Assembly (NCBI GenBank): GCA_039638295.1
Contig: JBDIWJ010000028.1
Span: 1 to 23,308, forward strand
Direction: 5' to 3'
DNA: 23,308 bases
DNA from: Candidatus Phoenicimicrobium oleiphilum
Lineage (GTDB): Bacteria > Atribacterota > Phoenicimicrobiia > Phoenicimicrobiales > Phoenicimicrobiaceae
Shown here piece by piece: positions 1-8,311 of the stretch. The stretch's first letter is position 1. Each line of letters opens with the position of its first letter. The notes beneath the pieces are model-generated. The model made no database searches, was not told where the DNA came from, and saw only the letters and a list, made by a program, of their open reading frames with translations. The translations under genes and the position numbers were made by a program.

Positions 1-29
1 CTTTCTTTTGTGTTATTTTTTATGGTTAT

Positions 30-58
30 ATTATACCATATTAGGTCTTTATATGCAA
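30..58 (-). promoter_or_regulatory. sigma70-type promoter pointing out of the left window edge
   Basis: Minus strand reads TTGCAT (58..53), 17 nt, then TATAAT (35..30), preceded by an extended -10 TG (TGGTATAAT). The target gene lies outside the window. Confidence 0.5.
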
Positions 59-111
59 ATAGAAGGTGACTTTTCACACGGTCTGCCGTCCCCTTGACAT
101 TCTTTTTATAG

Positions 112-140
112 TTGTCTTATTTTTAAAAATGCTATAAAAT
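112..140 (+). promoter_or_regulatory. possible sigma70 promoter of the oxidoreductase-surE-pcm operon
   Basis: TTGTCT (112..117), 17 nt, TAAAAT (135..140). A TTGACA at 94..99 is an alternative -35. The AT-rich background limits certainty. Confidence 0.3.
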
Positions 141-177
141 TAATACGTATGAAAAAATATTTTAAAGGTGCAGTGGT

Positions 178-1578
178 ATGAATATGAAAAAGAAAGAATA
201 TGATGTTATTATCATTGGAGCAGGCCCTGCCGGTATTTTTACCGCCTTCGAGCTAACCAGAAAGAATAATTTATCTGTATTGATAATAGAAAAAGGTAAA
301 GATATTGACCAGAGAGACTGCCCGATGAGAACTAAAAAGGGGAGCTGTTTTCATTGTTCTCCTTGCTCCTTGTTATCCGGATGGGGAGGAGCCGGCGCCT
401 TTAGCGACGGTAAATTAAATTTATCTACCGAAATCGGGGGACAGCTGGATAATTATATAGATAAAGATGAAGTTACTGAGTTAATCAAATATGTTGATGA
501 TATTTACCTTGAATTTGGAGCAAGTAAGACTGTTTTCGGCACAGATGGAGAGAAGATAGATATTATTAAAAAGGAAGCTTCTCTGGCAAACCTGCAATTA
601 ATACCTACTAAAATCAGACATTTAGGGACAGAAAAATGTGTCGAAATATTAAAGGAAATGTACGAATATTTAAAAAATAAGATTACTATAAAAACTAATA
701 CCGAAGTTAAAAAATTTCTAATTGATAAAGACAGGGTGTCAGGAATTGAAACCACAAAAGGTGAAATAATTAAAGGAAAGTTCGTAGTGGCTTCACCTGG
801 AAGGGCAGGGGCTGAATGGTTGAAACAACAGGCAGATAATTTAGATATAAAAATATCTAATAACCCAGTTGATGTGGGAGTAAGAGTAGAAGTCCCTGCT
901 ATAACTATGAAGCGTTTAACTGATGTTATATATGAATCAAAATTAGTGTATTATACTAAATTGTTTGATGATAGAGTTAGAACTTTTTGTATGTGCCCTT
1001 ATGGCGAAGTGGTTACTGAATTTAATGATGGTATTACCTCAGTAAATGGACACAGTTATCAAGAACATCGAACTGATAATACTAATTTTGCCTTGTTAGT
1101 AAGCACCAATTTTACTGAACCTTTTAAAGAACCGATTGACTATGGAAAGTACATTGCACATCTGGCGAATATTTTAAGTGGAGGAGTTATTGTACAACGA
1201 TTAGGGGATTTAGAGTTAGGCAGGAGATCTACGCCAGACCGGCTTAGACACTCAATTGTTGTTCCGACTTTAAAAGAGGCTACTCCAGGAGACCTTAGTT
1301 TTGTTTTGCCCTATAGAATACTTTCCGGTATTTTAGAAATGATAAAAGCTATGGATAAAATTGCACCCGGGGTTTATTCTAAACATACCCTTTTATATGG
1401 GGTAGAAGTAAAATTTTATTCTTCAAGATTAGATGTTTCAGAATCTTTAGAAACTAAAGTTACTAATCTATTTGCTGCCGGTGATGGTGCGGGCATTACT
1501 CGTGGACTTATTCAGGCTTCCACTTCTGGGATTGTAGTAGCTCGCGAAATATTAAAAAGAAGAAATAAGGATAAATAA
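178..1578 (+). CDS. NAD(P)/FAD-dependent oxidoreductase (uncharacterised COG2509-like family)
   Basis: N-terminal Rossmann motif YDVIIIGAGPAG, GWGGAGAFSDGK motif, C-terminal LFAAGDGAG FAD-binding motif, and a Cys cluster CPMRTKKGSCFHCSPC. Confidence 0.85.
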   Translation: MNMKKKEYDVIIIGAGPAGIFTAFELTRKNNLSVLIIEKGKDIDQRDCPMRTKKGSCFHCSPCSLLSGWGGAGAFSDGKLNLSTEIGGQLDNYIDKDEVTELIKYVDDIYLEFGASKTVFGTDGEKIDIIKKEASLANLQLIPTKIRHLGTEKCVEILKEMYEYLKNKITIKTNTEVKKFLIDKDRVSGIETTKGEIIKGKFVVASPGRAGAEWLKQQADNLDIKISNNPVDVGVRVEVPAITMKRLTDVIYESKLVYYTKLFDDRVRTFCMCPYGEVVTEFNDGITSVNGHSYQEHRTDNTNFALLVSTNFTEPFKEPIDYGKYIAHLANILSGGVIVQRLGDLELGRRSTPDRLRHSIVVPTLKEATPGDLSFVLPYRILSGILEMIKAMDKIAPGVYSKHTLLYGVEVKFYSSRLDVSESLETKVTNLFAAGDGAGITRGLIQASTSGIVVAREILKRRNKDK

Positions 1579-1581
1579 AAT

Positions 1582-2352
1582 ATGAGGATACTTTTAACTA
1601 ATGATGATGGGATATATTCTGAAGGAATTCAAGTTTTAAAGAAACAGTTAGAAAAAATCGCAAAAGTTACCATAATTGCTCCAGATCGAGAAAGAAGCAC
1701 TATCGGTCACGCTATGACTTTGCGTAAACCTTTAAAAATTAGCGAGGTAAAGATAAATGGTGATTTTTGGGGATTTTCCCTTGATGGTACCCCAGTGGAT
1801 TGTGTAATTGTAGGTTTGTTGGAAATTATGAAAAATAATAAGCCCGATATGGTTGTATCAGGAATCAATCGAGGACCTAATTTAGGTGATGACATTATCT
1901 ATTCTGGAACAGTTTCTGCAGCTATGGAAGGGGCGATGAGAAATGTCCCTTCTCTGGCCGTTTCCATTGCAGCTTATGAAAATTTTAAATTCAAATCTGC
2001 AGCACTAGTTACCAAAAATATAGTTTCTCATTTGATAAAGAATAGTTTACCCAGTAATCTAATATTAAATATCAATGTTCCTAATATTGATTATGATAAA
2101 ATAAAAGGAATTGTAGTAACCAGGCATGGGAAAAGAGTATATCAAGATGAAATAAAGATAATACATGATCCCCAGGGCAATACTCATTATTGGTTAGGAG
2201 GGGATTTGCCAGAAGGGAAGATTGAACCTGATACCGATTTTGAGGCGATCTATCACCATAAAGTGTCTATAACTCCTCTTTCTTTGGATTTAACTAATTA
2301 TCATAATATGCTTGAAGTTAAAGATTGGGTGAAAAAATGGTATCTTAAATAG
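1582..2352 (+). CDS. surE: 5'/3'-nucleotidase SurE
   Basis: Motifs MRILLTNDDG, GTPVDCV, VVSGINRGPNLG, YSGTVSAAMEG and SITPL. Confidence 0.97.
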   Translation: MRILLTNDDGIYSEGIQVLKKQLEKIAKVTIIAPDRERSTIGHAMTLRKPLKISEVKINGDFWGFSLDGTPVDCVIVGLLEIMKNNKPDMVVSGINRGPNLGDDIIYSGTVSAAMEGAMRNVPSLAVSIAAYENFKFKSAALVTKNIVSHLIKNSLPSNLILNINVPNIDYDKIKGIVVTRHGKRVYQDEIKIIHDPQGNTHYWLGGDLPEGKIEPDTDFEAIYHHKVSITPLSLDLTNYHNMLEVKDWVKKWYLK

Positions 2353-2381
2353 AAAAATTACCAATTGGAGCAACTAAACAG

Positions 2382-2597
2382 ATGAATGAACAGATATATT
2401 TAATTTTAATATTAATCTTTATAATCATAGTACTTTCCAGATTTATTGTCCGGCTTTATAGTATCAATCATCCGAGAGTCAGAAGTGCAATTTTTTATTT
2501 TAGGATGTTGTTAGGCTTCTTAATTGCAATGACTATCTATATTATAATCGAAGTAATCAGGGGACATAATGCTTTAGAAAGATTTTATGGTGGTTAA
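2382..2597 (+). CDS. small hypothetical membrane protein (2 predicted TM helices)
   Basis: 71-aa ORF filling the surE-pcm gap on the same strand, with two hydrophobic stretches and GGAG about 11 nt upstream. Confidence 0.6.
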   Translation: MNEQIYLILILIFIIIVLSRFIVRLYSINHPRVRSAIFYFRMLLGFLIAMTIYIIIEVIRGHNALERFYGG

Positions 2598-2645
2598 GGG
2601 ATAAATAAATAAGGTATAAATCAATGGTAAATGAAGTGATTTTTT

Positions 2646-3284
2646 ATGGATTTCCAAAAAGCACGAGAGGAAATGATAAAATACCAAATAAAGGGTAGAG
2701 GTATTAAAGACGAAAGAGTTCTCTGGGCAATGAGTATCGTCCCTCGGGAAAAATTTGTTTTAAAAGAAAATGAAGAAGAGGCCTATATGGATTCTCCCTT
2801 GCCCATAGGTATGGGACAGACTATTTCACAACCTTATATGGTTGCTTTAATGACTGAATGCTTGTCTCTTAAAGGGCCAGAGCGGGTTTTAGAAGTGGGT
2901 ACCGGTTCAGGTTATCAGGCTGCAATTTTGTCTAAACTGGCCAAAGAGGTTTATACTATTGAACGCTTTAAGATTTTAGCAGAGAGAGCGGAAAGAATAT
3001 TTAAAAAATTGGGAATAAAGAATATCAAAGTGGTAGTAGGGGATGGTACCAATGGCTTAAAAGAATATTCTCCTTATGATGGCATTATAGTTACTGCAGG
3101 GGCTCCGGAAATACCAAAGACCTTAGTGGACCAATTAAAAGAGAATGGGAGAATAGTAATACCAGTAGGTAATTCTTTTTCTCAAGACCTTTTACAGGGA
3201 ATTAAAGTAAAAGGAAAATTAAAGATACGGAATTTTGGTGGATGTGTTTTTGTGCCACTGGTAGGTAAATATGGTTGGCAGTAG
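2646..3284 (+). CDS. pcm: protein-L-isoaspartate O-methyltransferase
   Basis: Motifs GQTISQPYMVA, VLEVGTGSGYQAA, GDG and PYDGIIVTAG. C-terminal FVPLVG. Conserved surE-pcm synteny. Confidence 0.97.
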   Translation: MDFQKAREEMIKYQIKGRGIKDERVLWAMSIVPREKFVLKENEEEAYMDSPLPIGMGQTISQPYMVALMTECLSLKGPERVLEVGTGSGYQAAILSKLAKEVYTIERFKILAERAERIFKKLGIKNIKVVVGDGTNGLKEYSPYDGIIVTAGAPEIPKTLVDQLKENGRIVIPVGNSFSQDLLQGIKVKGKLKIRNFGGCVFVPLVGKYGWQ

Positions 3285-3294
3285 ATAAAAAACA

Positions 3295-3370
3295 TGGAGC
3301 GGGAAACGGGGCTCGAACCCGCGACCTTTGGCTTGGGAAGCCAACGCTCTACCACCTGAGCTATTCCCGC
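3295..3370 (-). tRNA. tRNA-Gly (anticodon CCC), CCA end encoded
   Basis: Reverse complement GCGGGAATAGCTCAGGTGGTAGAGCGTTGGCTTCCCAAGCCAAAGGTCGCGGGTTCGAGCCCCGTTTCCCGCTCCA (76 nt) has a GCGGGAA/TTCCCGC acceptor stem, a TTGGC/GCCAA anticodon stem around TT-CCC-AA, and a GTTCGA T-loop. Confidence 0.97.
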
Positions 3371-3436
3371 TTAATGAGCAGCAGTTATTTAAATTAATCG
3401 CCTGTAAATAGTTATTAGCAGGGGTCATATTTTATT

Positions 3437-3456
3437 CGAATTGATTATCTATTCCG
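3437..3456. repeat. degenerate copy of palindrome family C (GGAATAGAT-T-ATCTATTCC)
   Basis: CGAATTGATTATCTATTCCG matches 9785..9804 at 18 of 20 positions. Confidence 0.55.
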
Positions 3457-3482
3457 ATACGATTAAAATATTTGCTTGAGAT

Positions 3483-3511
3483 ATTATACCTAAATATTAA
3501 TAAATTATCAA
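3483..3511 (-). promoter_or_regulatory. sigma70 promoter of tRNA-Gly
   Basis: Minus strand reads TTGATA (3511..3506), 17 nt, TATAAT (3488..3483), about 110 nt upstream of the tRNA 5' end. Confidence 0.6.
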
Positions 3512-3525
3512 TACTTATAATAAAA

Positions 3526-3548
3526 GTATCGCGTATCGCGTATCGCGT
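3526..3548 (+). repeat. heptamer tandem repeat (GTATCGC)x3
   Basis: GTATCGCGTATCGCGTATCGCGT read directly from the sequence. Confidence 0.9.
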
Positions 3549-3573
3549 GAAAAAATTAGAATTCAGTGGTAAG

Positions 3574-3598
3574 GTAGGGGCACGATGCATCGTGCCCA
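3574..3598 (+). repeat. GTAG-type REP-like palindrome, family A copy 1
   Basis: GTAGGGGCACGATGCATCGTGCCCA: GTAG head plus a perfect 20-bp palindrome (3578..3597). Identical to 9736..9760. Confidence 0.9.
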
Positions 3599-3701
3599 CA
3601 GATGATGGAGAAAAAGAAGAAAGGCTTACATTAAGCTTACACCAAGACAATGAAAATATGTAAGAAATAAGAAATGATAAAAATAGAAGGAGTGTAAATT
3701 A

Positions 3702-5066
3702 TTGAAATATTATTCGCAGAAGAGAAGAAACAATAAAAATAAGGTAAGAAAATTTTTTTCGTTTTTAATAATATTAATAATTGTGGTTAGTTTATTTGAA
3801 GGCATTGATTTATACATAAATAGAAATAAGATATTTCCTGGGGTATCAGCCTTTGGGATTCAATTAGGTGGGCTAAATAAAGAAGAAGTCAAGAAGACTC
3901 TTCAACCAATTGTCTTAAAGATAACTGATTCTCCACGGGTATTAATATTTGAAGAGGAAAAAATAAAGATTGTTCCTAAGGATGATTTAGATGCTTCTAT
4001 TGATTTATCTCAAACAGTTAATGAACTATATAGAATTGCTCGCAGTGGTAATATTTTTAAACGGATAAAAGAAAGAATTGCAGTCTGGAGAAAGGGTTAT
4101 GAAGTATCTTTTCAAGCTGAATTTAATTCCCAAAAATTAAAAGATTTACAGAACAAAGTAAGTTCTTTAATAAATCGTATACCCTGTGATGCTTATTTAG
4201 AAAATAATCGTATTGTTGAAAGCAGGGCAGGGGTAAAACTTAATTTAGAGGAGTTTGATAAAGCAATTTTAGAAACTTTAAGTTGTTGGGACGAAAATAA
4301 ATATCTTATAAGTATTCCTGTTATAACTATTCCTCCTCAATACACTACTCAAGACCTATTAAAAAAATTGGGTATTTTTCAAGAATTAGGGGCATATTCT
4401 ACTTCTCTAAAGAATAAAGAAGAAAATACTATTTATAATATAAAATTAGCTTCTGAGATGATAAACGGTAGATTAGTAAAGCCACAAGAAGTTTTTTCTT
4501 TTAATGAATACGTAGGTCCAGCTGAAAAAGAAGATGGTTATAAAGAAAGTACTATAATTGCTAATGGAAGATTTGAAAATGGTTATGGTGGAGGAGTTTG
4601 TCAGGTATCAAGCACTCTATATAATGCAGCACTTTTAGCCAATTTACCAATTGTGGAGAGGTATAACCACTCAATATATGGAGATGCTACCAGATATGTC
4701 CCTTTGGGTAGAGATGCTGCTATATTTTTTGGATATAAAGACTTAAGATTTAAGAATAATTTAGATAATGAGATAGTTATTTTTGCAAAGGTTTTAGGGG
4801 ATGTGCTGCAGGTAAATATCTTTGGCCAATACTCAGATAAACCCGAAATAGAAATTATTAGTAAAGATGAGAAGGTTATTGACTATCAGATAATTAGAGA
4901 AAAAGACCCTGGATTAGAAGCTAACCAGGAAATAGTGGTACAAGAAGGGGTGCCTGGTTATAAAGTTAAAACTTACCGCATTATTCGAAAAAATGGAGAA
5001 GAGAAGATAGAATTATTATCGGATGATACTTATAAAAGTGTTCCGATGATAATTAAGGAAAATTAG
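3702..5066 (+). CDS. VanW-family (YoaR-like) exported protein with probable PG-binding region and C-terminal G5 domain
   Basis: TTG start with AAGGAG SD. N-terminal TM helix, VanW motifs FSFNEYVG, GGGVCQVSSTLYNA, ERYNHS, YVPLGRDA and DLRFKN, and a G5-like end VQEGVPGYKVKTYR...LSDDTY. Confidence 0.85.
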   Translation: MKYYSQKRRNNKNKVRKFFSFLIILIIVVSLFEGIDLYINRNKIFPGVSAFGIQLGGLNKEEVKKTLQPIVLKITDSPRVLIFEEEKIKIVPKDDLDASIDLSQTVNELYRIARSGNIFKRIKERIAVWRKGYEVSFQAEFNSQKLKDLQNKVSSLINRIPCDAYLENNRIVESRAGVKLNLEEFDKAILETLSCWDENKYLISIPVITIPPQYTTQDLLKKLGIFQELGAYSTSLKNKEENTIYNIKLASEMINGRLVKPQEVFSFNEYVGPAEKEDGYKESTIIANGRFENGYGGGVCQVSSTLYNAALLANLPIVERYNHSIYGDATRYVPLGRDAAIFFGYKDLRFKNNLDNEIVIFAKVLGDVLQVNIFGQYSDKPEIEIISKDEKVIDYQIIREKDPGLEANQEIVVQEGVPGYKVKTYRIIRKNGEEKIELLSDDTYKSVPMIIKEN

Positions 5067-5105
5067 CTTAATTAGTATTGCGTATAAAGATACGGCTATT
5101 AAATT

Positions 5106-5915
5106 ATGAAAATATTTAAGTTGTTATCAAGGAAATATTTTTTAAAAATAATATTTACAGCATTTATATTAGTATTTATTTGTTTGCCTCAGATTGCCTT
5201 ACCTCAGACAACCTCTGTTGAATATATTTGTGCAGAAACAGATTATGAAACCCCTGTCTATAAATTTCAAACCGATTATAAAAAACCGACTGTAATGATT
5301 ATAGCCGGAACACATGGTAATGAAATAGCTGGCATTAAAGCTACCCAATATTTAAAAGATAATATTGAAATTGAAAGAGGAACTTTAATAATAATACCAA
5401 AAGCAAATATTTTGGCTTGCGAAAAAAGTGTAAGAAATTTCCCTCCAGATATTAATCTAAATAGAGTTTATCCCGGAAACGCTGAAGGGAATGAGATAGA
5501 AAGATTAGCTTACGAAATATTTAATCTAGCAAAAAAATATAATATTGATTTACTTGTTGATTTACATGAATCGATAGAGTTTTATAAAAATAATCCCAAA
5601 AATTATGGGCAAACTCTTGTTATAGATTCCAACGATGATTATTTATTTAATTTAAGTTCTTCTATTGTAGAAGAGATGAATCAAGAAATCCTTGACTCCA
5701 ATAATAAGTATCAGGTTTTAGTGAAGCCTGTAGAAGGAAGTGCTGCATACAGTGCCTATCATCAACTCAATATTCCCGCATTAACCTTTGAGACCTGCAG
5801 AAAATTGCCATTATCTTTTCGGATAGAAGAACATATTAAATTGGTGAAACTAATATTGTTTAGGTGGAATATGATTACAGTTAGAGAGATAAATTACTTA
5901 AAAAAGGGCGGATGA
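5106..5915 (+). CDS. secreted M14-clan Zn hydrolase (succinylglutamate desuccinylase/aspartoacylase family)
   Basis: Signal-like N-terminus. Zn/catalytic motifs AGTHGNE, NLNRVYPG, VDLHE and TFET. Confidence 0.8.
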   Translation: MKIFKLLSRKYFLKIIFTAFILVFICLPQIALPQTTSVEYICAETDYETPVYKFQTDYKKPTVMIIAGTHGNEIAGIKATQYLKDNIEIERGTLIIIPKANILACEKSVRNFPPDINLNRVYPGNAEGNEIERLAYEIFNLAKKYNIDLLVDLHESIEFYKNNPKNYGQTLVIDSNDDYLFNLSSSIVEEMNQEILDSNNKYQVLVKPVEGSAAYSAYHQLNIPALTFETCRKLPLSFRIEEHIKLVKLILFRWNMITVREINYLKKGG

Positions 5916-5928
5916 ATCCGCCCTCTAC
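5900..5928 (-). terminator. GC hairpin with U-tract on the minus strand; also a GTAG-headed REP-like element
   Basis: Minus strand reads GTAG-AGGGCGGAT-TC-ATCCGCCCT-TTTTT. It lies between convergent genes and overlaps the TGA of 5106..5915. Confidence 0.7.
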
Positions 5929-5980
5929 AGGAAATAAAAAAAGTAACAAAGAACTGCCCACTGAGATGGCAACACACACA

Positions 5981-7075
5981 TTAATTGTTATTTGAAGTAT
6001 CTTCTTTAGTCTCCTCAGTATCATCTGTTTCTTTCAAAGTTGTTTCATCTGGAGAGCTGGAAACTTGGTTATCTTCTTGAGAAGATTCAGAGAGTAGGTT
6101 TTCGCTTTCAAAATCGTAATTTATAATAATATCAGCCTGTTCATTTAACTGGGCGATTAAGTTGGATATGGCTTCACTTTCCTTTTGATATTTTAAGATG
6201 TTGTTTATTCGTTCTTTTACTTCTTCAAAAGTAGGGTTATATGCTTCTTTTTTCTCTTCACATTTTATAATATGATACCCAAATTCGGTCTTTACTACTC
6301 CACTAATTTCACCGGGTTCTAAAGAAAAGGCGACATCTTCAAATTCTTTAACCATTTGGCCTTTAGAAAAAAATCCCAGGTCTCCGCCATTGGAGGCAGA
6401 TGGACAGATTGATTTTTCCTTGGCTAATTCAGCAAAATCAATTATACCTTCTTTTAATTGCTGGAGAATATTGTTTGCTTCTTTTTCTGTTTCTACCAGT
6501 ATATGGCGGGCACGGACTTTTTCTGGCTCAAAAAAACTTTCTTTGTTTTCATCATAATAGGACGATAGTTCATCTTCGGTAATAATAATTTTATTTTTTG
6601 CCTGATTTAAAATATAATTTATCATAAGATTATTTTTTATTTCATCTCTAAGTTGAGTTAAGGTCAAATTATTTACTCTCAAAGCTTCATTAAATTCTTC
6701 AGGAGAAGAGAAATTTTCTTTTATTTTATCTACCTCTGAATCAATGTCATCTTTGGAAATTTTAACCTTTTCTTTTTTAGCTTGTTGTAATAATAATTCT
6801 GCATTAATTATTTGTTTAAGGACGTTATTTTTCAGCATATTAATGGTAGATTGATCCATACTTGAGAGAGTTTGGTTATCATATCTTGATATTACATTTT
6901 GGAAAGTAGATTGCCATTGATTGTAACTAATTCCTACACCATTTACTTCTGCGATATAAAATTTTCTTGGCTGGGAACTCCTATATTGACCCAAACCATA
7001 AAAAATAGATATACCAAAAAAGGCCACTACTATGATTAAAACAATTTTCATCTTTTTTCTTAATAATTGCATCAT
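5981..7075 (-). CDS. membrane-anchored SurA_N + PpiC (parvulin) peptidyl-prolyl isomerase/foldase (PrsA/PpiD-like)
   Basis: N-terminal MMQLLRKKMK plus TM anchor, a SurA-like helical domain, the parvulin motif ARHILV...FAELAKEKS...GGDLG...GQMVKEFE...TEFGYHIIK, an acidic tail and an AAGGAG SD. Confidence 0.9.
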   Translation of the reverse strand: MMQLLRKKMKIVLIIVVAFFGISIFYGLGQYRSSQPRKFYIAEVNGVGISYNQWQSTFQNVISRYDNQTLSSMDQSTINMLKNNVLKQIINAELLLQQAKKEKVKISKDDIDSEVDKIKENFSSPEEFNEALRVNNLTLTQLRDEIKNNLMINYILNQAKNKIIITEDELSSYYDENKESFFEPEKVRARHILVETEKEANNILQQLKEGIIDFAELAKEKSICPSASNGGDLGFFSKGQMVKEFEDVAFSLEPGEISGVVKTEFGYHIIKCEEKKEAYNPTFEEVKERINNILKYQKESEAISNLIAQLNEQADIIINYDFESENLLSESSQEDNQVSSSPDETTLKETDDTEETKEDTSNNN

Positions 7076-7112
7076 AATTTATCTAAAATCTCCTTTTGAT
7101 TTAGTTGTATAT

Positions 7113-7141
7113 AATATAATATCATATATATGTTTTGTCAA
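7113..7141 (-). promoter_or_regulatory. sigma70 promoter of the foldase gene
   Basis: Minus strand reads TTGACA (7141..7136), 17 nt, TATATT (7118..7113). Confidence 0.55.
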
Positions 7142-7177
7142 ATGTTTACTCCCTAATCCTGGTCTTTTGAATAAGAT

Positions 7178-7202
7178 ATAAAGGCACGATGTATCGTGCT
7201 CT
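7178..7202 (+). repeat. decayed family A REP-like copy
   Basis: ATAAAGGCACGATGTATCGTGCTCT matches family A at 19 of 25 positions. Confidence 0.7.
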
Positions 7203-7321
7203 TTTCTTTACGAGATAAGAGAGAGATAAAAAGATTTGACATATTCCAAAGTTAATATAATAATATAGGAGTTCTAATTATAATTTTTTGATCATATAAA
7301 ATTTTAGTAGAAGTTCATTTG

Positions 7322-7350
7322 TTGAAAATTTTATAGTAGTATTATATAAT
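7322..7350 (+). promoter_or_regulatory. sigma70 promoter of the rpsU operon
   Basis: TTGAAA (7322..7327), 17 nt, TATAAT (7345..7350). Confidence 0.6.
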
Positions 7351-7480
7351 ATGTAAGAATTTACAAGTTTTAAATAATGCTAAAATTAACAAAATGTATG
7401 AAAGATAATAGTAGTATGAATTAAACCCATAATACTATCATTTTGTTAGCTTTAATATGAATAGGATGGGAGGTGTAAAT

Positions 7481-7669
7481 GTGACCAAAGTAAAAGTAAA
7501 AGACAACGAAGAATTAGATCACGCTCTTAGAAGATTTAAAAAAGAATGCCAAAAAAGCGGAATAATTTCTGAAATACGACGTCATGAATATTACGAAAAA
7601 CCAAGCGTTAGAAGAAAAAAGAAAATTCTTGCTGCTCAGAGGAAACAGAAAAAAAGAGGTAGATTTTAA
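7481..7669 (+). CDS. rpsU: 30S ribosomal protein S21
   Basis: ALRRFKK...[18 protein letters not shown]. The start is placed at GTG 7481 after a GGGAGGTG SD rather than the ORF-track ATG at 7457. Confidence 0.97.
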   Translation: MTKVKVKDNEELDHALRRFKKECQKSGIISEIRRHEYYEKPSVRRKKKILAAQRKQKKRGRF

Positions 7670-8137
7670 ATGACCAAAGAATTATCTTTAGAAGAAATTA
7701 TATTCAATGACATGAATAAGGCATTAAAAAATAAAGAAAAATTAAGACTATCAACTTTGCGAATGATTAGGGCAGCAATGAAAAATGCTGAAATATCCAA
7801 GAAAGATAAACTCACGGAAGATGAAATTATTTCGATATTGAAAAACAATTTAAAGAAAGCTGAAGAATCTTTAGATATTTTTATAAAAGGGGAAAGACCA
7901 GACCTTATTGATAAAGCAAAAAAAGAAATTGAAATAATAAAGGAATATCTTCCTGAACAACTATCTGAAGAGGAAATTACAAGAATAGCTAAAGAAACAA
8001 TTATAAAACATAATTTTAAGACCCTTAAAGACCTTGGCCCTGCTATGAGAGAAATTATGTCCCAACTAAAAGGGAAAGCAGATGGAAAATTGGTTAATAA
8101 AGTAGCGAGGGATTTATTGGAAAATTTAAATAATTGA
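7670..8137 (+). CDS. yqeY: GatB/YqeY domain protein
   Basis: DMNKALKNKEKLRLSTLRMIRAA, EYLPEQLSEEEI and GKADGKLVN motifs. Directly follows rpsU, as in B. subtilis. Confidence 0.93.
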   Translation: MTKELSLEEIIFNDMNKALKNKEKLRLSTLRMIRAAMKNAEISKKDKLTEDEIISILKNNLKKAEESLDIFIKGERPDLIDKAKKEIEIIKEYLPEQLSEEEITRIAKETIIKHNFKTLKDLGPAMREIMSQLKGKADGKLVNKVARDLLENLNN

Positions 8138-8144
8138 TGTCAAT

Positions 8145-8199
8145 TAAGAAAGACTCATTCTTGCTCTATAGCAAGATATTTGAGCCTTTCTTAGTTTTT
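8145..8199 (+). terminator. probable intrinsic terminator after rpsU-yqeY
   Basis: Outer stem TAAGAAAGACTCA/TGAGCCTTTCTTA (1 mismatch), inner stem TCTTGCT/AGCAAGA, followed by GTTTTT. Confidence 0.6.
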
Positions 8200-8234
8200 A
8201 TAATTATATAATTTATTTATCTTGGAGTATCGCA

Positions 8235-8271
8235 GAAGTAAACAAAGGTGCCAGGCACCTTTGTTTACTTC
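8235..8271. repeat. palindrome family B copy 1 (GGTGCCAGGCACC core)
   Basis: GAAGTAAACAAAGGTGCC-A-GGCACCTTTGTTTACTTC, with perfect 18-bp arms. The 31-nt core is shared with 22484..22514 (30 of 31). Confidence 0.9.
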
Positions 8272-8311
8272 CTATATTTGTACTAACGACTGATTTAGGA
8301 GTGCAAATTAT

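Noticed and set aside
62..99. GC-richer patch GGTGACTTTTCACACGGTCTGCCGTCCCCTTGAC resembling an IS end or repeat remnant
   Set aside because: No partner inverted repeat, second copy or transposase is present in the window, so it cannot be supported.
3219..3428. 69-aa minus-strand ORF
   Set aside because: It is a translation of the tRNA-Gly gene plus the antisense of pcm.
3432..3663. ORFs 3472..3663 (+) and 3432..3650 (-)
   Set aside because: They run through the tRNA promoter, the heptamer repeat and the REP palindrome. They have no SD or recognisable domain and are probably spurious.
3295..3700. tRNA-Gly as an integration site of an island or prophage
   Set aside because: No integrase and no duplicated tRNA 3' end are present, and the flanks are housekeeping genes.
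3702..5066. VanW as evidence of vancomycin resistance
   Set aside because: No vanHAX/vanRS genes are present, and VanW/YoaR-like proteins are widespread outside resistance clusters.
7236..7261. TTGACA...TATAAT upstream of rpsU
   Set aside because: Spacing is only 14 nt, and 7322..7350 fits better. A weak second promoter is not excluded.
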